DNA of 64,000 nucleotides. It comes from a candidate division FCPU426 bacterium. GTDB lineage: Bacteria > Oederibacteriota > Muellerivitia > Muellerivitales > Muellerivitaceae. The stretch covers positions 96,001 to 160,000 of the forward strand of contig CAWKAR010000025.1 of NCBI GenBank assembly GCA_963847625.1, in the 5' to 3' direction. Shown in pieces: positions 8,674-18,352 of the stretch (within the stretch, counting starts at the first letter, position 1; each line of letters begins with the position of its first letter). Under the pieces are notes generated by a model, which saw only the letters and a list, made by a program, of their open reading frames with translations, was not told the DNA's origin and searched no databases. Both the position numbers and the translations under genes were made by a program.

Positions 8674-10125
8674 CTATTTAATAAGACCCATCTTTTTAAG
8701 TATCGGCCTGACACGTTCTTCCACTTGAGGATCCATCTTTAACTCATCAGGCCATTCCCGGTGGAACCCCTCCTCTTTCCACTTCCGCGTGGCGTCAATC
8801 CCGATCTTTCCTCCCCAACCCCATTGGGGAGAGGTATGGTCCAGTACGTCCAAAGGCCCTTCCGTGATCAGCACATCCCTCTTGGCGTCCATGCAATTCC
8901 CCACCCTCCATAAAACCTGGCTGTAATTGTGGACATCCGTATCCTCATCCACTACCACCACCGCTTTATTGAGCATCATCTGCCCCAAACCCCAGAGGGC
9001 GAACATGACTTTCCGGGCATGCTGGGGATATTGCTTCTTGATGGAGACAATCGCCAGATTGTGGAATAGACCTTCAAAAGGCAGGTCCATATCCACCACT
9101 TCCGGCAATAACTTTTGGAGGATGGGCAAAAATAGCCTTTCGGTGGCCTTTCCAAAAAAAGCGTCTTCCATTGGAGGTTTTCCAACAATGGTAGCGGGAT
9201 AAATGGGATTTTTTCGGCGGGTGATGCAAGTGACGTGAAAGACGGGATAGTCATCGGCCAAGCTGTAATAGCCCGTATGATCCCCGAAAGGCCCTTCCGC
9301 CTGTCTTTCCCCCGGTTCAACATAACCTTCCAAAACAAAATCAGCGTCCGCGTTCACCATCAAATCGACGGTTTTGCACTGAACCAATTCGATTGGTTTT
9401 TTCCGGAGAAACCCGGCAAACAAAAGCTCGTCCACCCCATCCGGCAAGGGCGCGGTGGCGGCGTAGGTCAAAGCGGGGTCCCCTCCCAAGGCAACAACGG
9501 CTTCCAAACGTTTGCCCAATTTTTCCGCAGTTCGGTAATGGGCGGCTCCATGATGGTGAACCTGCCAATGCATTCCGGTTGTTTTCCCGTCATAAACCTG
9601 CATTCGATACATGCCGATATTGCGGATACCCGATTCCGGGTCCTGGGTAAAAACCAATGGCAGGGTGATAAACCGGCCGCCGTCCTGGGGCCAGCACTTC
9701 AAAACCGGCAGGGTGTTAAGATCCGGATTTTTCTCCACCACCTCCTGGCAGGCACCACCGGAGACTTCTTTTGGCGGATAGTTGCCAATTTCCACCAATT
9801 TGGGAAGAAGTTTGACCTTATCGGCGAAACCCTTCGGAGGCTTCATTTCCATCAAGTCCTTGATGGCCCGGGCGTGCTCCTCTAGGTCCTCCACCCCCAG
9901 GCTCAGGCTCATGCGGCGGTAGGACCCAAAGGCGTTGATCAATACCGGGAAAGGGCTTCCCTTGGCTTTTTCAAATAATAGGGCCTTTCCCCCTTGGGGG
10001 GACTTGGACATTTTGTCGGCGATGGTGGTGATTTCCAGGATTGGGTCCACTTCTTCCTTCACCCGGACCAACTCACCCTTTTTCTCAAGGATCGCGATGA
10101 AGTCACTTAAGGAGGAATAAGGCAT
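8674..10125 (-). CDS. ubiD: UbiD family decarboxylase (menaquinone biosynthesis type)
   Basis: NIGMYRMQ, EGPFGDHTGYYS, GKPPMED, KIGIDAT motifs; clustered with ubiX and menG. Confidence 0.92.
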   Translation of the reverse strand: MPYSSLSDFIAILEKKGELVRVKEEVDPILEITTIADKMSKSPQGGKALLFEKAKGSPFPVLINAFGSYRRMSLSLGVEDLEEHARAIKDLMEMKPPKGFADKVKLLPKLVEIGNYPPKEVSGGACQEVVEKNPDLNTLPVLKCWPQDGGRFITLPLVFTQDPESGIRNIGMYRMQVYDGKTTGMHWQVHHHGAAHYRTAEKLGKRLEAVVALGGDPALTYAATAPLPDGVDELLFAGFLRKKPIELVQCKTVDLMVNADADFVLEGYVEPGERQAEGPFGDHTGYYSLADDYPVFHVTCITRRKNPIYPATIVGKPPMEDAFFGKATERLFLPILQKLLPEVVDMDLPFEGLFHNLAIVSIKKQYPQHARKVMFALWGLGQMMLNKAVVVVDEDTDVHNYSQVLWRVGNCMDAKRDVLITEGPLDVLDHTSPQWGWGGKIGIDATRKWKEEGFHREWPDELKMDPQVEERVRPILKKMGLIK

Positions 10126-10483
10126 GTTGAACCCTTCATGATAGTAAGAGTTTTATTTGCGTAAGTCTTTTCGGTTCGATGTTTGAGCCTGTGCTTAATC
10201 CAATTTTTGGTTTTTACCGTTTTAAAAGCCCAATAGAGCTGGGGGAATCAGCAGGTTAAAAACGAATGACTCAACAATCTCGTTTGAATTTGAACTCAAG
10301 GGGTGGCATTTTACGCCAGTTCGGGCAGGGCCTCAATATCCACTTTTCCATACTTATACCCAAGTACCTGCCCAGTATGGATTTCGTCAATATCCAGGTG
10401 GTTAAAGAACGGTGAAATGAGAAATCCAGGTAATGGCGGGCTTGGCTTGGCGCACCAAGAAAACATTTTTTTATACTGGAATC

Positions 10484-11728
10484 TTATCGCACGAGCAGGA
10501 CTCTTTTTATTTTAGTGCCGAAGGGTTCCACGAGGTCAATGAGGTAAACCCCGCTGGCACAGGGGTCGCCATACTTGTTGGTCCCATCCCATTGGTACGA
10601 CTGGCTGATGGGAGCTTCGAGTTCTTCGGAAGCGAGCGTTTTAATGTGTTCGCCGGCCGAATTATAAATCCGCAAGTCGTAACTCCCTGGATACTGGGTA
10701 TATTCCACGAAAATGGAAACCGGATCCGAGGGATTGAAGGTGTTTTTGGACACGTAAAAGACGTCGGCGACGACAGGCGTAAGGGTGATGGTGGGAGTGG
10801 CGGTGGGCGTGGGAGTAATCGTAGGGGTGTTCGTGATCGTAAAGGTATTGGTGATCGTGGGGGTATTGGTAAGGGTGGGGGTGGGCGTGGGGGTGGGCGT
10901 CGGGGAGACCGTCGGAGTCATGGTCGGGGTTAAGGTAAAGGTCAACGTATTGGTGGGCGTGGGGGTGACCGTCGGGGTGTCCGTCGGAGGAAAGGTCGGG
11001 GTGACGGTCGGCGTATTGGTGGGGGTCCCTAACGCGGAACAAGAGTTTACGGTATAATTTTTGTATTCATTTTGGTTTGGCGAATTTAAATAGCCGCTCC
11101 TGATTCCAACGGCCCCGGTCGTAAAGGTGGAGTCCGTAACGTTAAATATCAGCTGGTTGCCGTTGCCGTTATTGAAGTTCAAGTAGCACATAAAATTAGT
11201 CCCGCAGCAAACGACTGTCATATGGACCCAGGTTCCGACGGTATAGGTTGGTGTTGACGCGGTGCTTATATAAGACCAACCGCTTGACGAGTGTTTCTCA
11301 AACTGCCACTGCCCATAGTTGATTTGAAACGAATAGAAATCCGCCCCGGTTTGGCCCTTGAAAATGATGCCGAAAATCCCGCCAACTTGCGCGGACATGA
11401 CATCGCACTGGATGGTGTAGTCGGTCAACGCGGGGTTGAAATTCGCGGGGGTCACCAAGAATTGTTCGGCACAGTAGGTGGGATTGGCCGTATTGAGCAA
11501 AATCCCGCCCGAGGCGCTGAAGTAATTCGTGTAATTCGGGTCCGGAGTCCCCGGGTCGCCGTAATAAAAATTGTAATTGGAGAGGCTGGCATTCGAGGAA
11601 TAGTTATCCTGGAAAAGAACCCCCCCGAGGCTTGGGCAACAACCCTGGCCATAAGCCAAACCGGAGGATCCCGCGAAAATAAGGGCGAATAAAACAGGAA
11701 AAGAGAGATGTTTACAGATAGTTTTCAT
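10484..11728 (-). CDS. Secreted protein: lectin-like beta-sandwich domain, Thr/Pro linker, FlgD-Ig/T9SS-CTD-like C-terminal domain
   Basis: Signal peptide (..SSGLAYG/Q); TPT-rich linker; C-terminal LRIYNSAGEHIKTL..WDGTNKYG..ASGVYL..IKRVLLVR. Confidence 0.8.
   Translation of the reverse strand: MKTICKHLSFPVLFALIFAGSSGLAYGQGCCPSLGGVLFQDNYSSNASLSNYNFYYGDPGTPDPNYTNYFSASGGILLNTANPTYCAEQFLVTPANFNPALTDYTIQCDVMSAQVGGIFGIIFKGQTGADFYSFQINYGQWQFEKHSSSGWSYISTASTPTYTVGTWVHMTVVCCGTNFMCYLNFNNGNGNQLIFNVTDSTFTTGAVGIRSGYLNSPNQNEYKNYTVNSCSALGTPTNTPTVTPTFPPTDTPTVTPTPTNTLTFTLTPTMTPTVSPTPTPTPTPTLTNTPTITNTFTITNTPTITPTPTATPTITLTPVVADVFYVSKNTFNPSDPVSIFVEYTQYPGSYDLRIYNSAGEHIKTLASEELEAPISQSYQWDGTNKYGDPCASGVYLIDLVEPFGTKIKRVLLVR
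10785..11030 (-). repeat. Thr/Pro-rich low-complexity linker (TPT repeats)
   Basis: TPTNTPTVTPTFPPTDTPTVTPTPT... in translation. Confidence 0.85.
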
Positions 11729-12046
11729 TGTTTTTCTTTATCAACCTCATCCATATATATTAATTTAGCCAGATTACCGCCAGACCATTATCAATAATTA
11801 TATCGCCCTTTCACTGGACACTGGGCTGGATTTTGCGAAACCAGCGTGAGCCATCAGTCAACCACTAATTGTTATCAGCTGATTTATTTTTGCGGGAATG
11901 GCTTGAGAAAGGGGATTCCGGCCGGCGAGGAGGATATGGATGGGGTATAGGCTACCCAGCCTGGTCCGGACACCAGTTTTTAATTCCCTTCCCCGGAAAC
12001 CATCACAACCAAATTCCCCTCGTATCTTGAAATCTGCTTTCAGTCA

Positions 12047-15000
12047 TCATTTTAAAACCAATAGCTTGAAGATTTTTCGCTCAAAGTTAATGTCAACCAC
12101 GACGTAATAAAGTCCGTTGGCCAGCGGCATCCCCCAGAAGTCCTTCAGTTCGACAGGCAATTGATAAATCCCGGGTGGCAACTGGGAAAATGAATTTTCA
12201 TTCACTTTGCGGAAAACCGTGGTAAAAATTTTCAGGCTCACTTGGTTGACCAGATCATTTAACGCGAATTGCAGGGTCACAGGTTCCGGACCCCTGGCGG
12301 GGTCGGGATAGAGAATGGTTTTCACTATTGGGGTGGCCGTGACCGTGGGTGAGTAGGTGGAGGTCGATGTCGGCGTAAAACTCGCGGTGAATGTCGCGGA
12401 AGGCGTCATCGAATTTGTCGGCGAAGAAGTAATGGTATAGGTGCTTGTCGGAGTGCTGGAATAAGTGGCCGTTGGGGTTTCGGTGACAGTGGGGGTCGGG
12501 GTCGGGGTATCCGTGGGTAAGGGTGTTGTGGTTGAGATCGGGGCGTCTATTATTTGGGTTTTAGTGGAAGTGGGTGTTCCGGTCGAAGTGAAAGTGGGAG
12601 TGGAGGTCGCGGTTGGCATGCCGATAGTGGTGTTGGTGGGTGTGGGGGTAACGGTGGGGCTGAGGGTGGATGTGGGTGTCGGTGTGGGAGTGTTAGTGAT
12701 GACATCGATGCATGTGTATACGTGATAGTTTCGGATATGCGCCATGTTGGGGTCCAATAAAAACTCGGTCCGGAACCCCACACCGCCTGAAGTGTACGGC
12801 GGCGAAGCCGTCGTGTCGGTCAAGCTGTAAACCAATTGATCGCCGTTTCCATCGTACAGGTTCACATAGCAATAAAAGGTCGAGCCGGCAACCACCACCT
12901 TCAGGTGGACCCAATTGCCCGGCGTGTAAACCGGCGCGGCAAGCCCCGTGCCGAAGCCGGCGGGCGGCAGGTAGGTAAAGGCGCTTCCCCCCGCCCCGGT
13001 ATCCTTCTGGATCTGCCAATGCGGGTTTGCCCCGTTCTCCGAGTTTCCATTCCATTGAAAGATATAGCCTGTCACGTTGGCCTGTTCCAGGAATTCCAAG
13101 CCAAAAAGGCCGTAATTGTCCGTCCGATGGTCCAGTTTGAAATCCGCTTCCACCGTGTAATTGCTGTAAGCCCAGCTAAACTGCGCGGCATTCAATTGGA
13201 CGTAGGAATGAAGCGTAGCGCCGGCGGAAGAGGATTGCTGCAATTCGCCGCCATTGACCGCGTAATTCAGGGAGGCCGCGGTCATGGAGACGGCGCTGCC
13301 CAAAGTGTAAAAAGTGTAATTCGAAAGGCTGGCGCTGCTGGGGAAAGTGTCAAGGAACTCCACTAGTTGCTGGTTTGAGCCGCAAACAATCGCGGGTGTA
13401 TTCGTGGGGGTCAGGTAAATTCCAGTCGGCGTTATGGTTGGGGTGCAGGTGCTGGTGGGGGTGGAAGTCGGCGTGGGGGGAACGCAGGAAATACTCAATG
13501 AGACATTGTCGAAAGTGGCGCTGGCCAGGGAATGAACGCCGGCGCTGGACACGGCGAATCCCACCGGGGGGTTGGCGCCGATGGTGGTGAGGGTGACCGC
13601 TCCCACCTGGGTCCAGGTCGACCCGTTGACGGATTCATAACCCGTATAGATGTTTCCCGAGCGCTGGAGTTGGAACCAAACCGGGGCCGGCGGATTGGGC
13701 CCGCCGAACGACGTCGTGTTGCCGCCCTGGGTGGAGCGGTAGGCGAAAACCGCCTGGGCCCCGTTATAAGCCATGCCCAGGTAAACGTAAGGGGAGTCAT
13801 CCGCGGAATTGTCCCGGAACATGAGTCCGGCCTGGTTGTTCGAACTACCGTTTTGGATACCGGTCAAACGCGCCGTCAAGGTGCTGTACCCGCAGGAAGG
13901 CTGGCTCACGAACTGGAAGGAATCCTGCTCGATACCGCTTAAATTCATGCCGATGCCGAACCCCGCCCCGTTTACCGTGAAGGTTCCGCCGGAATAACTG
14001 CTGCTTCCCAAAAGACGCATGTACTTCAATTCCAAGGGTGTGGCCGTAGTTTGCATGAGCCAGCCGATGTCCTGGTCCACCCATGGGGAAGGCAGGGTGG
14101 AATTTACGTAGATGCTGATGGGGCAGGAAAACTGGGCCGTTCCCAGCTTGTTGATGGCGTGGGCGGTAATGAAATGGCTGCCCGACGGGACTAGGGGCCA
14201 GTTGATGTCATAGGGGGAGGAGGTGGAGGTTCCAAGGAATTGGCTGTCCACGAAAAAATCCACTTGGGCTATGCCGGCCGTGGAAGCCGCCGAGGCAGTC
14301 AACGCGAGGGTGAGGGGGCCGGTCATGACCGATCCATCCGGGGGGCTGGTCAGGCTCACCGTGGGCACGTCCAGTCCCGAAGCCGGCGGAACGGAAGCGG
14401 CCATAGGAGGCGCGGTTTGGTTGATGGTGCGGGCGTTGTCCTCGGTGTTGGCCACTCCCGTGGCCACGCCCAGGTAAGTCTCAAGGGGGGTGGAGAAATA
14501 GGGGGTATAAACCCCGGGCGCATAGGCCATGATGGTTCGGTATTGGACGCCTTGGGAGGTATAGCGGTTGCCCGCAGAGTAGGAATAAACACCCGGTCCG
14601 CCGTTTGCGAAATCGTGGCCGCACCCAAGGTTGTGTCCCATTTCGTGGATCATCGCCTCGGCGAAAATCACGTGTTCCATGCTGTAATGGCCCGGCAAAA
14701 AACCAAGGCCCATGACCGGGTCCGATCCCGCCACCAGCATGTTCACCATGACCGCCCCATAAGAACTTTGTATGGCCTGGATAGCGGAAATGGTTCCGTT
14801 CCCCATGTTGGGCAGGTCGGTGAACATGCTTCCCTGTTCGGTGTAATTGACCTGGCCGGAGTAAACCAACTGCATCTGCGCGTTGATGCCGCTGTTGAAG
14901 TAGACCATGTTGTTGTAGAAAACGACCGTATCGATGAGGGATTCCATGGCTTGAGCGCTGCCCATGACACCCAACGCCGCGGGGGTGTAAACCACGGCCA

Positions 15001-15616
15001 GGTTCAACACGGTCGGGTTCAGGGCGTAATGACAGCCGGCTGGATAGTTGAGGGGTATAAGCCAGGGCATGCCTTCCTGGGGGAAGCCGGCCGCTAACCG
15101 GGAGTCTGAAAGCCCCGGATGGGAACCGTCCAGGCCGCACTGGAGGCCTTTTTCCTCGTCCACCTCCATGATCCGGTGAAGTCCGTTTCCCGCGGGGAGG
15201 ATTTTAAAAGTCCCCTTCCCCGGGATGAAAAAGATGCCGGTCATGATTCCATCGGCGTGGGTGACCACGCCCATGCTACCCGTCACCTCCTTGAATTGGC
15301 CGGTATAAACCGTCCTGCCATGGGGCCTTTTCTCGGCGTGCCCCAAGACAAGGGTGTAATCGGCATCGTCAAAAAGATTCATGTGAAGTTGTGGCTGGGC
15401 GCCCGGATGGAAACGCTCCGGATGGATTGATTCCAGGAATTCCTTGTGGAATTTCACGAACCGGTCGCGTTTAACGAAGGATTCCGCCCGGTAGGTGGCG
15501 GGCCGGGGGGCTTCTTCAAAGACTTTCGGGCCATCGGCGGCTTGTGCGAGGAACCTGGATAGGAAAAAACTTCCGGCCAACACCGCGACGGATAGGATTC
15601 GTTGGATATATTTCAT
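12047..15616 (-). CDS. Secreted multidomain metzincin (M12B/reprolysin-like) metallopeptidase with Ig-like domain, two lectin-like domains, Thr/Pro linker and FlgD-Ig/T9SS-CTD-like C-terminal domain
   Basis: HEMGHNLGCGHD zinc motif, Met-turn RTIMAY, propeptide Cys (LQCG); PTVSLTSPPDG Ig domain; C-terminal YPDP..KIFTTVFRKV..LANGLYY..KLLVLK; start taken at MKYIQRIL (signal peptide). Confidence 0.88.
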   Translation of the reverse strand: MKYIQRILSVAVLAGSFFLSRFLAQAADGPKVFEEAPRPATYRAESFVKRDRFVKFHKEFLESIHPERFHPGAQPQLHMNLFDDADYTLVLGHAEKRPHGRTVYTGQFKEVTGSMGVVTHADGIMTGIFFIPGKGTFKILPAGNGLHRIMEVDEEKGLQCGLDGSHPGLSDSRLAAGFPQEGMPWLIPLNYPAGCHYALNPTVLNLAVVYTPAALGVMGSAQAMESLIDTVVFYNNMVYFNSGINAQMQLVYSGQVNYTEQGSMFTDLPNMGNGTISAIQAIQSSYGAVMVNMLVAGSDPVMGLGFLPGHYSMEHVIFAEAMIHEMGHNLGCGHDFANGGPGVYSYSAGNRYTSQGVQYRTIMAYAPGVYTPYFSTPLETYLGVATGVANTEDNARTINQTAPPMAASVPPASGLDVPTVSLTSPPDGSVMTGPLTLALTASAASTAGIAQVDFFVDSQFLGTSTSSPYDINWPLVPSGSHFITAHAINKLGTAQFSCPISIYVNSTLPSPWVDQDIGWLMQTTATPLELKYMRLLGSSSYSGGTFTVNGAGFGIGMNLSGIEQDSFQFVSQPSCGYSTLTARLTGIQNGSSNNQAGLMFRDNSADDSPYVYLGMAYNGAQAVFAYRSTQGGNTTSFGGPNPPAPVWFQLQRSGNIYTGYESVNGSTWTQVGAVTLTTIGANPPVGFAVSSAGVHSLASATFDNVSLSISCVPPTPTSTPTSTCTPTITPTGIYLTPTNTPAIVCGSNQQLVEFLDTFPSSASLSNYTFYTLGSAVSMTAASLNYAVNGGELQQSSSAGATLHSYVQLNAAQFSWAYSNYTVEADFKLDHRTDNYGLFGLEFLEQANVTGYIFQWNGNSENGANPHWQIQKDTGAGGSAFTYLPPAGFGTGLAAPVYTPGNWVHLKVVVAGSTFYCYVNLYDGNGDQLVYSLTDTTASPPYTSGGVGFRTEFLLDPNMAHIRNYHVYTCIDVITNTPTPTPTSTLSPTVTPTPTNTTIGMPTATSTPTFTSTGTPTSTKTQIIDAPISTTTPLPTDTPTPTPTVTETPTATYSSTPTSTYTITSSPTNSMTPSATFTASFTPTSTSTYSPTVTATPIVKTILYPDPARGPEPVTLQFALNDLVNQVSLKIFTTVFRKVNENSFSQLPPGIYQLPVELKDFWGMPLANGLYYVVVDINFERKIFKLLVLK
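12330..12700 (-). repeat. Thr/Pro/Ser-rich low-complexity linker
   Basis: About 120 aa of TPT/STPT repeats in translation. Confidence 0.85.
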
Positions 15617-15941
15617 CGACTCACCAATCGATCGGATGAAAAATTGAAACCTCTGAAAAACTAAAATAAAGCGGCAAACAGAGGTTTCGACCCCAAAGAT
15701 TTCCGCAGGAAATTGTGGGGTTACCTTCAATGGTTGCTGAAAAAGTTGGCGATAAGCCGACTTTTTCAGAGGTTACAAATTAATAATTTCCGAGCCGCTT
15801 TTCAAAATGACTCATAATATAGTGTCTAGCTGATAAACGTCAGATCATCGCTAACCGTTAAAAACGTCACATCATTGATGACTGCCTCTTTAGAAGGAGT
15901 AAAAATTATACTCATGAACATCTCTTGAAAGGGAGGTATTC

Positions 15942-17112
15942 ATGAAGGAGGAAGCGCAAAAAGAACGCATTTTAGCTGTGGAAAAGTACCAAAAGGGTGA
16001 AAGTCCCACCGCCATCTGTAGAGCCTTGGGGCATTCCAAATTTTGGCTCTACAAATGGCTGAAGCGTTATAAGACCAAAAAAAAAGGCTTGGTACGTCGA
16101 GGGATCGAAAGCCCGGCAACGCTATCCGGATCGCACGAAGGAGGAAATTGAAAAGGCCGTTCAGATGGTTCGTCTCCAACTCTACAACCAGGGGGTGTTT
16201 TGCGGAACGCAAGCCATACTGGGTGAGTTGGCGGACCTGGGGATTCAATCGCTTCCATCGCCCAGTACTGTGGACCGAATCCTGAGGCGCAATCAACTGA
16301 CCCATCGAAGGACGGGGCGGTATTTTGCCAAAGGAACGCCCTATCCAAAGCTTTCAGGACATGCTGTGAATGAGGTGCAGCAAGCGGACTGGGTGGGAGC
16401 GAATTACCTTTTGGGAGGACCTCGGTTTTACAGTTTGAACGCAGTGGACCTGGCCACGGGACGTTGTGGAATCCAACCGTCGTTGGGAAGGGATGGGCAG
16501 AGCGTTTTTAACGCATTCTGGGCCATTTGGAGGCGTTTGGGAATCCCCCAGAACCTCCAGGTGGATAACGCCGAGGAGTTTTATGGAAGTCCGAAGTATC
16601 CGAGGGGAATGGGGCCTTTAATCCGGCTTTGCCTGCATCAGGGCATTGAATTGTGGTTCATTCCACCGGCAGAGCCCTGGCGCAACGGAGTGGTGGAAAA
16701 GTTCAACGACCACTACGAACAAAAATTCCTGGGGAAAGTGAACCTGAGACCGGGAAAGGCTCTGTGGACGAAATCTCTCGGGTTCGAGAACAAACACAAC
16801 AGCCGGTACCGCTACAGCAAGCTCAAGGGCAGGACGCCTTTACAGGCCCTGGAAGGATTGGGGGAGAAGCCGAGATTTCCTTACGAAACCCAACCACCCC
16901 AACATCCGTTGTCCAAACCGACGAGTGGGAAATACCACTTGGTTCGGCTGATACGGAGCAACCACCGGTTGAACATGTTCGGAGAGATGTTCGAAGTGCC
17001 TAAAAGTCTAACCCATGAGTATGTAGTGGGGACAGTAGATGTTCGAAGGCAGAAACTAGAACTGTTCCATGATGGCTTGAAGGCGGAGGAGTACGATTAC
17101 AAACTGCGGTAG
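15942..17112 (+). CDS. IS481-like transposase, split by a frameshift at A9 tract 16077-16085
   Basis: N-terminal HTH (PTAICRALGHSKFWLYKWLKRY) then, in +1 frame, AWYVEGSKAR..QADW..LQVDN..PWRNGVVEKFN. Confidence 0.88.
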
Positions 17113-17123
17113 AAAGAGGTTGT

Positions 17124-17150
17124 CCCAGGAGGGCTAAGAGCCCTCCTGGG
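17124..17150. terminator. Perfect 12-bp hairpin just after the transposase stop
   Basis: CCCAGGAGGGCT-AAG-AGCCCTCCTGGG; no U-tract, so terminator function is uncertain. Confidence 0.4.
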
Positions 17151-17563
17151 GAGTTATCGATGATGTGACGTATCATTAAGTCATCGATGATCTGACGTTT
17201 ATCATCTAGCCATTAGGCTATATTCCACCAGCAGGTCGCTAAATATTAGCTTTTAACCGGATTTTCCCAAATGACCTTGCCCCACTAGTCGCCAGCTAAT
17301 TTGTCGCCTCATTATAATGCCGCTCCCCTTCTTTTTCACTCCAGGTTATGCCAAACGATTCCTTATTCTCGAAGGAAATTTCCATCTGGATAATCCGGAT
17401 TAAGGAAACCAGCAAATCCCATGAAACTAAAAAAGAGGATGAGGGCGCCGGCCCAGCCGGCCAGATTTTTGCCGCAAGTTTCCGGCTAAAGGCTCCTCCC
17501 ATAGGACTTCCAAGGTCATCAGTACACCGAAAGCCCCTAAATAATAAAGGGCCAAATCTGTTC

Positions 17564-18352
17564 TCACTCTTCTTTCTTCCTTCCCCATTTTTTTACTTTC
17601 GGAAAAACCTTCGGATAAAAAACTTTCACCAGGAATAATCCATTGGATGGCAAAGTAGGTCCCGCCTTTTTCCGGTCCTTGGAATGGAGGATAGGTTTCA
17701 TGTCCCCGGGCTTGAATTTGCCAAGGCCCACGTAAAGGAGGGTGCCGCTGAGGATTCTAACCATCTGGTGAAGGAAGGATTCGCCGAGGTATTCAATAAA
17801 AATATTGTTTCCTCTTTTTTTAACCGTGACCCTGATCAGGTTTCTTTTGGGGTTGGCCCTCTTCCCCAAGGTACCCCTAAAAGCCGTAAAATCATGCCTC
17901 CCCTGCAATTCCTTGCCCGCTTTCGCCATGGCCGGCACATCCAAACCATGACGAACATGATGGTAGGTGTGCCGGTCAAAAACGGTGTAATCCCTCGTAT
18001 TTCGGATGACATAACGGTAAAGTCTGGCCTTCGCGTGATAGGTGGCGTGAAAGGTTGCCGGTACTTCCTTGGCGGATACGATCCGGATGTCGTGTGGTAA
18101 TAGTTGATTTAATACCTTGTGAATCCGATGGGTCGGCAAGGAAGAAAAGGTGTGAAAATTGGCGGTTTGGCCTAGGGAGTGGACTCCCGAGTCGGTTCTT
18201 CCCGCCACAAGAAGGTCCACTGGATGCCCGCAAATCTTCCGCAAGCGGTCCTCTAGTGTGCACTGGATGGTGGGGGCTTGGGCTTGCTTCTGCCATCCGG
18301 AATAGGCGGTCCCGTCATACTCCACCGTCAATCGGATGTTCCTCATCCTCAC
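17564..18352 (-). CDS. truA: tRNA pseudouridine(38-40) synthase
   Basis: YDGTAYSGWQKQ, AGRTDSGVH, FLHQMVR, AGPT motifs. Confidence 0.97.
   Translation of the reverse strand: MRMRNIRLTVEYDGTAYSGWQKQAQAPTIQCTLEDRLRKICGHPVDLLVAGRTDSGVHSLGQTANFHTFSSLPTHRIHKVLNQLLPHDIRIVSAKEVPATFHATYHAKARLYRYVIRNTRDYTVFDRHTYHHVRHGLDVPAMAKAGKELQGRHDFTAFRGTLGKRANPKRNLIRVTVKKRGNNIFIEYLGESFLHQMVRILSGTLLYVGLGKFKPGDMKPILHSKDRKKAGPTLPSNGLFLVKVFYPKVFPKVKKWGRKKEE

Larger units (their letters stand above)
15831..17204 (+). mobile_element. IS481-like insertion sequence, 1374 bp
   Basis: Perfect 20-bp terminal IRs TGATAAACGTCAGATCATCG (15831-15850; 17185-17204); 6-bp direct repeat TCTAGC on both sides (15825-15830; 17205-17210); rve-type DDE transposase inside. 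Confidence 0.92.

Noticed and set aside
10311..10466. 51-aa minus-strand ORF (MFSWCAKP..DIEALPELA)
   Set aside because: No clear RBS or motif; may be a gene remnant but unsupported.
11760..12040. Possible riboswitch between the two secreted-protein genes
   Set aside because: Only short hairpins; no consensus of a riboswitch class that I can recognise.
10785..12725. Val/Gly-rich + strand ORFs and apparent tandem repeats
   Set aside because: Antisense shadows of Thr/Pro linkers; no constant repeat-spacer structure, so not CRISPR.
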